Assembly (NCBI GenBank): GCA_963816955.1
Contig: CAWFME010000007.1
Location: 16,883-80,882 of the forward strand
DNA from: an uncultured Solirubrobacteraceae bacterium
Lineage (GTDB): Bacteria > Actinomycetota > Thermoleophilia > Solirubrobacterales > Solirubrobacteraceae
DNA: 64,000 nt
Direction of reading: 5' to 3'
In this document: positions 1-8,085 of the stretch, piece by piece
How positions within the stretch are numbered: position 1 is the stretch's first letter
How the letters are laid out: every line of letters begins with the position of its first letter
Notes under the pieces: model-generated
The model's input: only the letters and a program-made list of their open reading frames with translations
Told to the model about the DNA's origin: nothing
Databases searched by the model: none
Program-made: the position numbers and the translations under genes

Positions 1-173
1 ACGCCCGCGATCCCGGGCACGATGATCTCGAGGTCGTCGCGGCGGGCGGCGAACACGGCGCCGAACAGCGCCAGCAGCAGCAGCGGCAGCAGGAAGTTGA
101 AGAACGCGGCCGTCGGGTTGCGCCAGAACATCCGGCGCTCGAGCCGGAACTGGTGCCAGGCCAGCGCCATCAT
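1..173 (-). CDS. ABC-2 type transporter permease, 5' fragment (gene continues beyond window start)
   Basis: Reverse-strand translation from ATG 171-173 gives MMALAWHQFRLERRMFWRNPTAAFFNFLLPLLLLALFGAVF, a hydrophobic ABC-2 permease-like N-terminus. Its ATG overlaps the TGA (170-172) of the upstream ATPase gene (ATGA coupling). Confidence 0.6.
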   Translation of the reverse strand, partial: MMALAWHQFRLERRMFWRNPTAAFFNFLLPLLLLALFGAVFAARRDDLEIIVPGIAG

Positions 174-1045
174 GCGACCGCGGGCTCCGGCTCGGGCTGC
201 TCGGCCGTCAGCTCCAGGTAGACGTCCTCGAGGCTCGGGCGGCTGACGGAGAGCTCCTCCAGCCGCTCGCCGCGGGCCAGCGCGGCGGTGGTGGCCTCGT
301 GCAGGAGCGTCGTCGGGTCCTCGGTGACGACGTCGACCTGCTCCGCGCCGACCCGGTAGCTCACCCGGTAGCGGGCCGCGCCGGCGATCAGCTCCCCCGG
401 CGGGCCCTCGGCGAGGATGCGGCCGTCCTTGACGATCGCCACGCGGTCGGCCAGCGCCTGCGCCTCGTCGAGGTAGTGGGTGGTGAGCAGCACGGTCTTG
501 CCGAGCGCGCGCAGCGCGCGCACGACCTCCCACGCGGCGCGCCGCGCCGCGGGGTCGAAGCCGGTGGTCGGCTCGTCGAGGAAGATCAGCTCGGGGTCGC
601 CGACGAGCGCCAGCGCGAGGTCCAGCCGCCGCCGCTGGCCGCCCGAGAGCGTGCGCGCGCGGCGGTCGGCCGCCTCCTGGAGCCCCGTCAGCGCGAGCGT
701 GTCCTCGACCGCGCGGGGCGCCGGGTACAGGCGCGCGAAGTGCTCGAGCGTCTCGCGCACGGTCAGGTGGGGGTAGGTGCCGCAGCTCTGCAGGACGATG
801 CCGACGCGGCTGCGCAGCTCGGCTGCCCGCCGCGCGGGGTCGTGCCCGAGCACGGAGACCTCGCCGCCGTCGCGGTGGCGGTGGCCCTCGAGGATCTCGA
901 CGGTCGTCGTCTTGCCGGCTCCGTTGGGCCCCAGCAGGCCGTAGACCTCGCCCCGGCGGACCGAGAACGAGAGGCCGCGAACCGCCTCGTGGGCGCCGTA
1001 GGCCTTTGACAACTCGTTCACAACGATGGCGGGCTGCGCCGTCAC
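170..1045 (-). CDS. ABC transporter ATP-binding protein (DrrA/ABC-2 exporter type)
   Basis: 291-aa ORF with Walker A GPNGAGKTT, ABC signature LSGGQRRRL and Walker B LIFLDEPTTGFD. Confidence 0.9.
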   Translation of the reverse strand: MTAQPAIVVNELSKAYGAHEAVRGLSFSVRRGEVYGLLGPNGAGKTTTVEILEGHRHRDGGEVSVLGHDPARRAAELRSRVGIVLQSCGTYPHLTVRETLEHFARLYPAPRAVEDTLALTGLQEAADRRARTLSGGQRRRLDLALALVGDPELIFLDEPTTGFDPAARRAAWEVVRALRALGKTVLLTTHYLDEAQALADRVAIVKDGRILAEGPPGELIAGAARYRVSYRVGAEQVDVVTEDPTTLLHEATTAALARGERLEELSVSRPSLEDVYLELTAEQPEPEPAVA

Positions 1046-1071
1046 GCTCCCATCATGGCAACCTCCTGCCC

Positions 1072-1962
1072 ATGCTCTGCGGCTGCATCGACATCGGCTC
1101 GAACACCACGCGCGTGCTCGTCGCCGAGGCGAGCGACGGCCGGCTCGTCGAGGTGCTGCAGCGCCGGGCGTTCACGCGGATCGGCAAGGGGCTGGTTCCG
1201 GGGGCCGCGATCCCGCGCGCGAAGATCGAGGAGGTGGCCGCCGTCGTGGCCTCCCACCGCGAGCTCGCCGAGCTGGCCGGGGCAGACCCGGTCCGGACCG
1301 TCGCGACCGCGGCGATCCGCTCCGCCTCCAACCGCGACGAGTTCGTCGAGGTCGTCAGCGAGCGCGGCGGGGTGGAGGTCTCCATCCTCGAAGGCGAGGA
1401 GGAGGCCCGGCTCGCCTTCCTGGGCGCCACGCGCACGCTCGGGCAGCGGCTCGAGGGCCGCGTCGGCGTCGTCGACGTCGGCGGCGGCTCCACGGAGATC
1501 GCCGTCGGCACGGTCGAGGGCGGCGTCTCGTGGTGGGCCTCGTTCCGGCTCGGCTCCGGCCACCTGGCCGACGAGCACCTGCGCTCGGACCCGCCGACGG
1601 CCGTCGAGCTCGCCCTGATGCGCGAGTACGCGGACGAGGTGCTCGACACGATCGAGGTGCCGCGCCCCGGCGCGGCCGTGGCGGTCGGCGGCAGCGCGGC
1701 GTCGCTGCGGCGCCTCGTCGGCGGCACGCTCGGCGGCGACGCGCTGCAGCGCGCGCTCGGCGTGCTCTCGGAGGCGCCGGTGGGCGAGGTCGCCGAGCGC
1801 TTCTCGCTCGACCCCGAGCGCGTCCGCCTGATGCCCGCCGGCCTCGTGATCCTGGCGGCCGCGACGCAGTGCCTCGGCTGCACGCTGACGATCGGCAACG
1901 GCGGCCTGCGCGAGGGCGTGCTGCTCGAGCTCGCCGGTGGCATCATCGGGGGCGACGCATGA
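1072..1962 (+). CDS. ppx: Ppx/GppA family phosphatase (short, single-domain form)
   Basis: Frame of ORF 1006..1962. CIDIGSNTTRVLVAE and VVDVGGGSTE are ASKHA/Ppx-GppA phosphate-binding motifs. ATG 1072 is preferred because the upstream extension is junk-like and overlaps the divergent ATPase start. The TGA overlaps the ppk ATG. Confidence 0.8.
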   Translation: MLCGCIDIGSNTTRVLVAEASDGRLVEVLQRRAFTRIGKGLVPGAAIPRAKIEEVAAVVASHRELAELAGADPVRTVATAAIRSASNRDEFVEVVSERGGVEVSILEGEEEARLAFLGATRTLGQRLEGRVGVVDVGGGSTEIAVGTVEGGVSWWASFRLGSGHLADEHLRSDPPTAVELALMREYADEVLDTIEVPRPGAAVAVGGSAASLRRLVGGTLGGDALQRALGVLSEAPVGEVAERFSLDPERVRLMPAGLVILAAATQCLGCTLTIGNGGLREGVLLELAGGIIGGDA

Positions 1963-4070
1963 CCGACGTGACCACCGTCCCGGAGGACGCCGGGATCGAT
2001 CTCGACGATCGCGGCCTGTACTTCAACCGCGAGCTGTCGTGGCTGCAGTTCAACGCGCGGGTGCTGGAGCTCGCCGAGGACGCCGGCGTCCCGCTGCTGG
2101 AGCGCGTGAAGTTCTGCGCGATCGCCTCCTCGAACCTCGACGAGTTCTTCATGGTCCGCGTGGCCGGGCTGCACGACCAGATCGACGCCGGGATCGAGAC
2201 GCCGCTGCAGGACGGGCGCACGCCGACGGAGACGATCGCCGTCATCCGCGACACCGTGCGCGAGCACATGACCCGCCAGGGCACGCTGCTGGACCGCGAC
2301 CTGCGGCCGGCGCTGGCCGAGCACGGCATCCGGATCGTCGGCGTCGGCGAGGTCAGCGCGGAGGAGCGGGCCGCGCTCGACGAGCGCTTCCGCCGCCAGA
2401 TCTTCCCCGTCCTGACGCCGCTGGCGGTCGGGCTCGGGCGCCCGTTCCCCTACATCTCCAACCTCTCGCTCTCGCTCGGCGTGGTCGTGCGCGACCCGGT
2501 CGGCGGGATGGAGGCGTTCGCGCGCGTGAAGGTGCCGACGGAGATGCTCCCGCGCTTCGTACCGGTCGGCGACAGCAAGACGTTCGTCCCGCTCGAGGAC
2601 CTGATCGCCAAGAACCTCGACGCGCTGTTCCCGGGCATGGAGATCGTCGACCACGCGGTCTTCCGGGTCACGCGCGACGCCGACTTCACGGCCTCCGACG
2701 AGGCCGACGACCTCGTGCGCGCGGTCGAGGACGAGCTGCGCCGGCGGCGCTTCGGCGAGGTCGTGCGCGTGGAGGTCTCGGCCTCCATGAGCGCCGCGAT
2801 GCGCGAGCAGATCGTCGCCTCCCTGGCCGCCGAGGACGAGGACGTCTTCGAGGCGCCGGGGCTGCTGGACCTCGAGGACCTCTGGGACATCGTCGGCGTG
2901 TCCGGGCACGCGGACCTGCGCGACAGGCCGTGGTCGCCGGTCACGCAGCCGCGGCTGCAGCCCGACGAGGACGAGGAGCCCGACGTGATGGCCGCCATGC
3001 GCAAGGGCGACATCCTGCTCCACCATCCCTACGACTCCTTCAACACGTCCGTCGAGCGCTTCGTCGAGCAGGCGGTGGCCGACCCGGACGTGCTCGCGAT
3101 CAAGCAGACCGTGTACCGCACGAGCGACGACTCGCCGCTGGTGCCGGCGCTGATCCGCGCCCGCGAGCGCGGCAAGCAGGCCGTCTGCGTGGTGGAGGTC
3201 AAGGCGCGCTTCGACGAGCGCGCGAACATCCAGTGGGCGCGCTCGCTCGAGCAGGCCGGCGTGCACGTCGTGCACGGCCTGCCGGCGCTCAAGACGCACG
3301 CCAAGTGCCTGCTGATCATCCGCCGCGAGGGCGACGGCGTGCGCCACTACGTGCACGTCGGGACGGGCAACTACCACCCCAAGACGGCCCGCCTGTACAC
3401 GGACTTCGGCTTGCTCACCTGCGACGAGGAGATCGGCGCCGACGTCGCCGACATGTTCAACTTCCTCACGGGCTTCGCCCGCCCGCGCGCCTACCGCCAG
3501 GTGCTCGTGGCGCCGGCGCACCTGCGCGATGCGATCCTCGCCGAGATCGAGGCCACGATCGACGCCCGCAAGGACGGCCGCCGCGGGCGGATCCGGATGA
3601 AGATGAACTCGCTCGTGGACCGCCGCTGCATCCAGGCGCTCTACCGCGCCTCGCAGGCCGGGGTGGAGGTCGAGCTCAACGTGCGCGGGATCTGCTGCCT
3701 GCGCCCGGGCGTCGACGGTGTCTCGGAGAACATCCGCGTCACGTCGGTCGTCGGGCGTTTCCTCGAGCACTCGCGCATCTACGCCTTCGAGCGCGAGGAG
3801 GGCTGTACGGTCTACATCGGCTCGGCCGACCTGATGCCGCGCAACCTCGACACCCGCGTGGAGCTGCTCACCCCGGTGCGCGACCCGGCGCTGCGCGATG
3901 ACCTGATCGACGCGCTGGACCGCTGCATCGCCGACGACACGAACGCCTGGGAGCTGCGCGAGGACGGCAGCTGGGAGCGGCGCAGCGCCGATCCGGACGA
4001 GCCGCGCAGCGCCCACCGGGAGCTGATGGACCGCCATGCGGCCCGCGCTGCCGAGGCGCAGCAGACCTAG
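1959..4070 (+). CDS. ppk: polyphosphate kinase 1
   Basis: From ATG 1959 (ATGA overlap with ppx): MTDVTTVPEDAGIDLDDRGLYFNRELSWLQFNARVLELAED, and the C-terminal HSRIYAF and GSADLMPRNL blocks typical of PPK1. The 5' part of ORF 1026..4070 is an Arg-rich alternate frame of ppx. Confidence 0.95.
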   Translation: MTDVTTVPEDAGIDLDDRGLYFNRELSWLQFNARVLELAEDAGVPLLERVKFCAIASSNLDEFFMVRVAGLHDQIDAGIETPLQDGRTPTETIAVIRDTVREHMTRQGTLLDRDLRPALAEHGIRIVGVGEVSAEERAALDERFRRQIFPVLTPLAVGLGRPFPYISNLSLSLGVVVRDPVGGMEAFARVKVPTEMLPRFVPVGDSKTFVPLEDLIAKNLDALFPGMEIVDHAVFRVTRDADFTASDEADDLVRAVEDELRRRRFGEVVRVEVSASMSAAMREQIVASLAAEDEDVFEAPGLLDLEDLWDIVGVSGHADLRDRPWSPVTQPRLQPDEDEEPDVMAAMRKGDILLHHPYDSFNTSVERFVEQAVADPDVLAIKQTVYRTSDDSPLVPALIRARERGKQAVCVVEVKARFDERANIQWARSLEQAGVHVVHGLPALKTHAKCLLIIRREGDGVRHYVHVGTGNYHPKTARLYTDFGLLTCDEEIGADVADMFNFLTGFARPRAYRQVLVAPAHLRDAILAEIEATIDARKDGRRGRIRMKMNSLVDRRCIQALYRASQAGVEVELNVRGICCLRPGVDGVSENIRVTSVVGRFLEHSRIYAFEREEGCTVYIGSADLMPRNLDTRVELLTPVRDPALRDDLIDALDRCIADDTNAWELREDGSWERRSADPDEPRSAHRELMDRHAARAAEAQQT

Positions 4071-4112
4071 CCCTCCGGGGGGCGGGCCACACGTCAGACG
4101 CGGGTTAGCCGC

Positions 4113-4640
4113 ATGTTCTGGGCACCGGTGTTCCGGGAGCATCTTGCCGTGACGCCAGAACTGCTCCCCGAGGTGCTGGCGGACCACCTTGACCGGCTCT
4201 ATCGCGCCGCCTGGGCCATGTGCGGCTCGCGCGAGGACGCCGAGGACCTCGTGCAGGAGACCTACGCGCGGGTGCTCGCCAAGAAGCGCGTGATCGCCAC
4301 GGACGCCGACGCGCTGCCGTACCTGCTCACCGTCCTGCGCAACACGTTCCGCTCCTCCCTGCGCACCCGCTCGCGGCGCCCGCGCACGTCGACGATCGAC
4401 GACGCCTCAGAGCAGGTCCTCGCCGCCCCGGCCGCCAAGGGCCCGCAGGCGATCGTCGAGGCCCGCGCCGTGTTCGCCGCGATCGCCGCCCTGCCCGGCG
4501 ACCAGCGCGACGTGGTCGCCGCGGTCGACGTGGCGGGCCTGTCCTACGCCGAGGCCGCCGAGACGCTCGGCGTGCCGACGGGGACGGTCATGAGCCGCCT
4601 GCACCGCGGGCGCTCGCGCGTCGCGGCCGCCGTGGCCTAG
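4113..4640 (+). CDS. ECF-type RNA polymerase sigma factor
   Basis: Region 2 (DAEDLVQETYARVL) and region 4 HTH (LSYAEAAETLGVPTGTVMSRLHRGR) signatures. The start could instead be the in-frame GTG at 4149. Confidence 0.85.
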   Translation: MFWAPVFREHLAVTPELLPEVLADHLDRLYRAAWAMCGSREDAEDLVQETYARVLAKKRVIATDADALPYLLTVLRNTFRSSLRTRSRRPRTSTIDDASEQVLAAPAAKGPQAIVEARAVFAAIAALPGDQRDVVAAVDVAGLSYAEAAETLGVPTGTVMSRLHRGRSRVAAAVA

Positions 4641-4698
4641 GAGTCCGACGAAGACGACCTCGGCCGTCCTGGCCGTGGCGGGGTTCTTCGTCGGGCTC

Positions 4699-5484
4699 CT
4701 AGAAGTCGACGTCGCCCTGGCCCTTCCAGGCGGCCAGCTCGAGCAGCTGGTCGCGCGGCACGTTGATGGCCGACAGGACGCAGGTGCGGCCCTTGCGCCG
4801 CCAGGTGACGGCGAGCCGGCCGTCGTCCTCGAACGAGCGCAGCTCGGTGTCCTCGAGCTCCGTGCGGTCGGCGCCGGGCGGCCAGGCGAGCTGCTCGCCG
4901 TCGACGATCGTGTACGCGATCCGCCGGCCCTCGCGGCGGTAGAAGACGGTCTTGGTGTCGCGCCCGCCGATCTCGTCGGTGCGCACGCCCTCGGCCTCCC
5001 AGGCGAACTTGCCCTCGTAGTTGGGGAAGCGCACGTCGTCGACCTCGTTGCGCAGCAGCCGCGGCTGGCTCGGGTCGAGCTGCGCGGCGGCGACGGGCGC
5101 GCGGGTCGCGGCGGCGAGCACCTCGGCGGTCGCCGGCCCGCCGCTGAACGCGACGACGATCGCGACGGCCGCCGCGGCGGCCACGGCGAGCCCCGCGCTC
5201 GGCAGCCAGCCCCAGCCCCGGCGGCGCTCCCGGCGGCGCGGCGCGGGCTCGCCGCGCTCCAGCTCCCCGATCCGCGCCCGCAGCGCCAGCGGCGCGGAGA
5301 CCGACTCCGCCGCCGTCGTGATCGCCGCCAGGCCCGCGCGCTGGTGCTCCAGCGCCGCCGCCAGCACCGGCTCGCGCGCCAGCCGCGCCTCGAGCGCGCT
5401 GCGCTCCGCGGGCTCCAGCAGCCCGTCCGCGTATGCGGCGAGCGCGGCCTCGTCGGCTTCGGACATCGGGGTGTGTTCGGTCAT
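4699..5484 (-). CDS. anti-sigma-factor-like single-pass membrane protein
   Basis: N-terminus AALAAYADGLLEPAERSALEARLAREP resembles an anti-sigma domain without the H-x3-C-x2-C zinc site. Central TM segment LPSAGLAVAAAAAVAIVVAF, then an extracytoplasmic C-domain. GC3-rich codons. Convergent with the ECF sigma gene. Confidence 0.6.
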   Translation of the reverse strand: MTEHTPMSEADEAALAAYADGLLEPAERSALEARLAREPVLAAALEHQRAGLAAITTAAESVSAPLALRARIGELERGEPAPRRRERRRGWGWLPSAGLAVAAAAAVAIVVAFSGGPATAEVLAAATRAPVAAAQLDPSQPRLLRNEVDDVRFPNYEGKFAWEAEGVRTDEIGGRDTKTVFYRREGRRIAYTIVDGEQLAWPPGADRTELEDTELRSFEDDGRLAVTWRRKGRTCVLSAINVPRDQLLELAAWKGQGDVDF

Positions 5485-5548
5485 GTGCCGTTCGAACAGT
5501 AAGACGCCGGAACGGCGCCGGATATTCCGCCGTTACGCTGACGATGCC

Positions 5549-6148
5549 ATGGAACGTGAGGCCCTGCTGAGCGGAGCGGTCCACCCGGGCGGGCGCGCGC
5601 CCGCGCCGGGCCGGCTCGCGCTCGTGCAGATGCTCGTCAACACGGTCGACCGCGAGCACGGCCCCGACCTGCTCGACGACGTCGCGGGCCTCGGCGACTG
5701 GCTGCTGGCGCGCGGGCTGCTGGAGCCGGGCGCGGGGTGGGTGGGGACGGTGTCCATCGGCGACCTGGAGGCGGCTTGGGAGCTGCGCGAGGCGCTGCGC
5801 TCGCTCCTGCACGCCAACAACGGCGCGCCGGAGGAGCCCGGGGCGCGCGCCGCGCTCGAGGCGGCGGCCGCGCGCGCGGAGCTGCGGCCCTCGTTCCCGT
5901 CCGAGGGGCCCGAGCTCGTCCCGGCACGTGGCGGCGTGGAGGGCGCGCTGGGGCGCGTCGTCGCCGCGGCGTTCGCGGCGATGCTCGACGGCAGCTGGGC
6001 GCGCCTGAAGGCGTGCCCGCGCGACGTCTGCGGCTGGGCGTTCTACGACCGCTCCAGCAACGCGAGCGCCACCTGGTGCTCGATGGCGGTCTGCGGGGGG
6101 CGCGTGAAGGCGGGCGCGTACTACCGCCGCCGCCGGGCGGGCGGCTGA
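5549..6148 (+). CDS. ABATE/CGNR zinc-finger domain protein
   Basis: From ATG 5549. C-terminal CPRDVCGWAFYDRSSNASATWCSMAVCGGRVKAGAYYRRRR matches the CGNR zinc-finger pattern (C-x4-C ... C-x4-CG-x-R-x-K). The upstream part of ORF 5021..6148 is antisense to the anti-sigma gene. Confidence 0.85.
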   Translation: MEREALLSGAVHPGGRAPAPGRLALVQMLVNTVDREHGPDLLDDVAGLGDWLLARGLLEPGAGWVGTVSIGDLEAAWELREALRSLLHANNGAPEEPGARAALEAAAARAELRPSFPSEGPELVPARGGVEGALGRVVAAAFAAMLDGSWARLKACPRDVCGWAFYDRSSNASATWCSMAVCGGRVKAGAYYRRRRAGG

Positions 6149-6190
6149 CACCGCACGTGCGGGCGCCGCCCCCCAGCTAGGCTGCTCGCC

Positions 6191-6331
6191 GTGTCGGCGG
6201 TCTTCGTGGTCAGCTCGCTCGTGGTCTACGTCGCGGGGCTCCTCCTGCTCGCGTGGGAGGGCCGCCGCGACCTCGCGATCCTGCTCGCGGCGGTGGGCGG
6301 GGTCGCGCTCAGCATCGCGACGCTGCCGTAG
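6191..6331 (+). CDS. small two-TM membrane protein (46 aa), hypothetical
   Basis: GTG 6191 to TAG 6329-6331: VSAVFVVSSLVVYVAGLLLLAWEGRRDLAILLAAVGGVALSIATLP. Strongly GC3-biased codons. Too short for the ORF track. Confidence 0.4.
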   Translation: MSAVFVVSSLVVYVAGLLLLAWEGRRDLAILLAAVGGVALSIATLP

Positions 6332-6332
6332 G

Positions 6333-6695
6333 ATGGCCCACATGGATTTCCTCATCGAGCACGATCCGCTCGAGAACGCCCATCTGGTCACCGCGTCGGG
6401 CGAGCTCGACGTGGCGGCCGCGCCGCAGCTGTCGGCGATCCTGACGATGGGCGCGGCGAGCTCGCAGCCCGTGGTCGTGCTCGACATGGGTGGCGCGACG
6501 TTCATCGACTCGACGGCGTTGGGCGTCGTCATCCGCTCCGCCGACCAGCTCACGGGCGCCGGCAAGCGCCTGTTCATCGTCGCGCCCGAGGGGCCGGTCA
6601 GCCGGCTGCTCGAGCTGACCAACCTCAAGCAGCACTTCTCGGTCTACCAGGACCGCGACGAGGCGATCTCGGCCGCCTCGGTCCCCGCCGGCTGA
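6333..6695 (+). CDS. STAS-domain anti-sigma-factor antagonist (SpoIIAA-like)
   Basis: 120 aa. The stretch VVLDMGGATFIDSTALGVVI contains the conserved DST/phosphorylatable-Ser region of SpoIIAA/RsbV-type proteins. Confidence 0.85.
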   Translation: MAHMDFLIEHDPLENAHLVTASGELDVAAAPQLSAILTMGAASSQPVVVLDMGGATFIDSTALGVVIRSADQLTGAGKRLFIVAPEGPVSRLLELTNLKQHFSVYQDRDEAISAASVPAG

Positions 6696-6854
6696 GAACC
6701 GGCCCGGGCAACCCCCGGGGCGCCGCCCCCCAGGACGCGGGTCCGCCCCGTTTCCGGGCCGGCCGCGACGCGAGAGGCTCACTCGACATCCGATCGAAGG
6801 GGCCTCTCCACCCATGACCGTCCTGCTTCAGCCCGAGCCGAGCGCCGCCACCCC

Positions 6855-7127
6855 GGGCTCGACTACCTGTCGCGCCGGCCGGACGTCGATCCGGATCGCA
6901 TCGGCGGCTTCGGGCTCTCGCTCGGGATCGCGCCGCGGCCCGTGCTGCTCGTGGCGAGCGGCGCCCTCCACGAGATCCCCACCAACCGGGTCTACGCGGA
7001 ACACGGCGGCCCGACGACCGAGCTGCTGGAGCTGCCGTCCGCGGGGCACACCGGCGGTCTGCGCAAGCTCGGTGCCGAGTACGAGCAGCCCGTGATGGCG
7101 TTCCTCGACCGCGCGCTCGGCCTCTGA
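6855..7127 (+). pseudogene. alpha/beta hydrolase relic (5'-truncated, internally deleted)
   Basis: The frame of ORF 6942..7127 read upstream gives GLDYLSRRPDVDPDRIGGFGLSLG (G-x-S-x-G nucleophile elbow). This runs directly into PVLLVASGALHEIP...ELLELPSAGHTGG...FLDRALGL (the catalytic His region). The whole N-terminal half and the segment between nucleophile and acid/His are missing, and there is no start codon. Confidence 0.5.
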
Positions 7128-7229
7128 GACCGCGGTCGCCGATGACCCACCGAGTTCCGGTGCGCCAGGCGCCTGCAGGATCGCGCCCATCGCCCACGGC
7201 AACTCCGGAAACCTGTTCGTATCGGACGG

Positions 7230-8078
7230 ATGGCACGGATCGCCTTCGCCGTCGTCGCGCTCGCGCTGCTCTGCGCCGCCGCCCCGGCCTCCGCCAGGGT
7301 CTCGGCGGACACCGCCGCGCTGCAGGTGGCGCTGCGGGCGAAGGGGCTCTACGGCGGGACGGTGGACGGGATCGCCGGGCCGGGCACGCGCGCCGCGGTG
7401 CGCGCCCTGCAGGCGCGGCGCGGGCTCGGGGTCGACGGCATCGCCGGGCCGCGGACCCGGCGGGCGCTCGGCCGCCGCGGGCGGCCGCGGCTCGGGTCGC
7501 GGGCGCTGGCGGCGCCCGCGCGGGGCTGGGACGTCGCCGCGCTGCAGTTCCTGCTCGCCCGCCACGGCTTCCCGTCCGGGCCGGTCGACGGCGGGCTCGG
7601 CGCGCGCACCGACGCGGCGCTGCGGCGCTTCCAGGCGTGGGCGGGGCTCGGCGCCGACGGCGTCGCCGGGCCGGCCACGCTCGCGGCGCTGCGGCGCGGC
7701 CCGCCGCGCTCGATCCTGCGCTTCCTGCCGCCGCTCGCCACCGCTGTCGGCGACCGCTTCGGCCCGCGCGGCGCCATGTTCCACACGGGCCAGGACTACC
7801 CCGCCCCGACCGGCAGCCGCGTGGCCGCGGCTGGGCGCGGCTGCGTGCAGTCGATCGGCTGGCAGGACGGCTACGGGCGGGTCGTCGTCATCCGCCACAG
7901 GCTCGGCATGACGAGCTGGTACGCCCACCTGAGCCGGATCGACGTCCCGCGCGGGCGCTGCGTGGTGGCCGGCGACCGGATCGGCGCCGTCGGCGCGACG
8001 GGCCGCGCCAGCGGCCCGCACCTGCACTTCGAGCTGCGCGTCCGCGGCGCCGCCGTGGACCCGCGAACGGGGCTGTAA
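7230..8078 (+). CDS. secreted M23 family metallopeptidase with peptidoglycan-binding repeats
   Basis: Signal peptide MARIAFAVVALALLCAAAPASA. PG_binding_1-like repeats (GLYGGTVDGIAGPGTRAAVRALQ, GVDGIAGPRTRRAL, GPVDGGLGARTDAALRRFQ, GADGVAGPATLAAL). M23 motifs HTGQDY and GPHLHFE. Confidence 0.9.
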   Translation: MARIAFAVVALALLCAAAPASARVSADTAALQVALRAKGLYGGTVDGIAGPGTRAAVRALQARRGLGVDGIAGPRTRRALGRRGRPRLGSRALAAPARGWDVAALQFLLARHGFPSGPVDGGLGARTDAALRRFQAWAGLGADGVAGPATLAALRRGPPRSILRFLPPLATAVGDRFGPRGAMFHTGQDYPAPTGSRVAAAGRGCVQSIGWQDGYGRVVVIRHRLGMTSWYAHLSRIDVPRGRCVVAGDRIGAVGATGRASGPHLHFELRVRGAAVDPRTGL

Positions 8079-8085
8079 GCCCGGT

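Noticed and set aside
1053-4187. 1044-aa minus-strand ORF spanning ppx and ppk
   Set aside because: It is Arg/Ala/Pro/Gly/Val-rich low-complexity translation antisense to two genes with unambiguous conserved motifs. This is a typical high-GC shadow ORF.
4637-6628. 663-aa minus-strand ORF
   Set aside because: It overlaps the anti-sigma gene in another frame and is antisense to the CGNR and STAS genes, with Arg/Ala/Gly/Pro junk composition.
7128-7229. Cyclic-di-AMP (ydaO-type) riboswitch in the leader of the M23 peptidase gene
   Set aside because: The context (cell-wall hydrolase leader in an actinobacterium) is suggestive. However, the conserved GGGGACCCA / CAGCUAACCUCGUA-type cores are not present, only a lone GACCCA. 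This would need cmscan with RF00379 to revisit.
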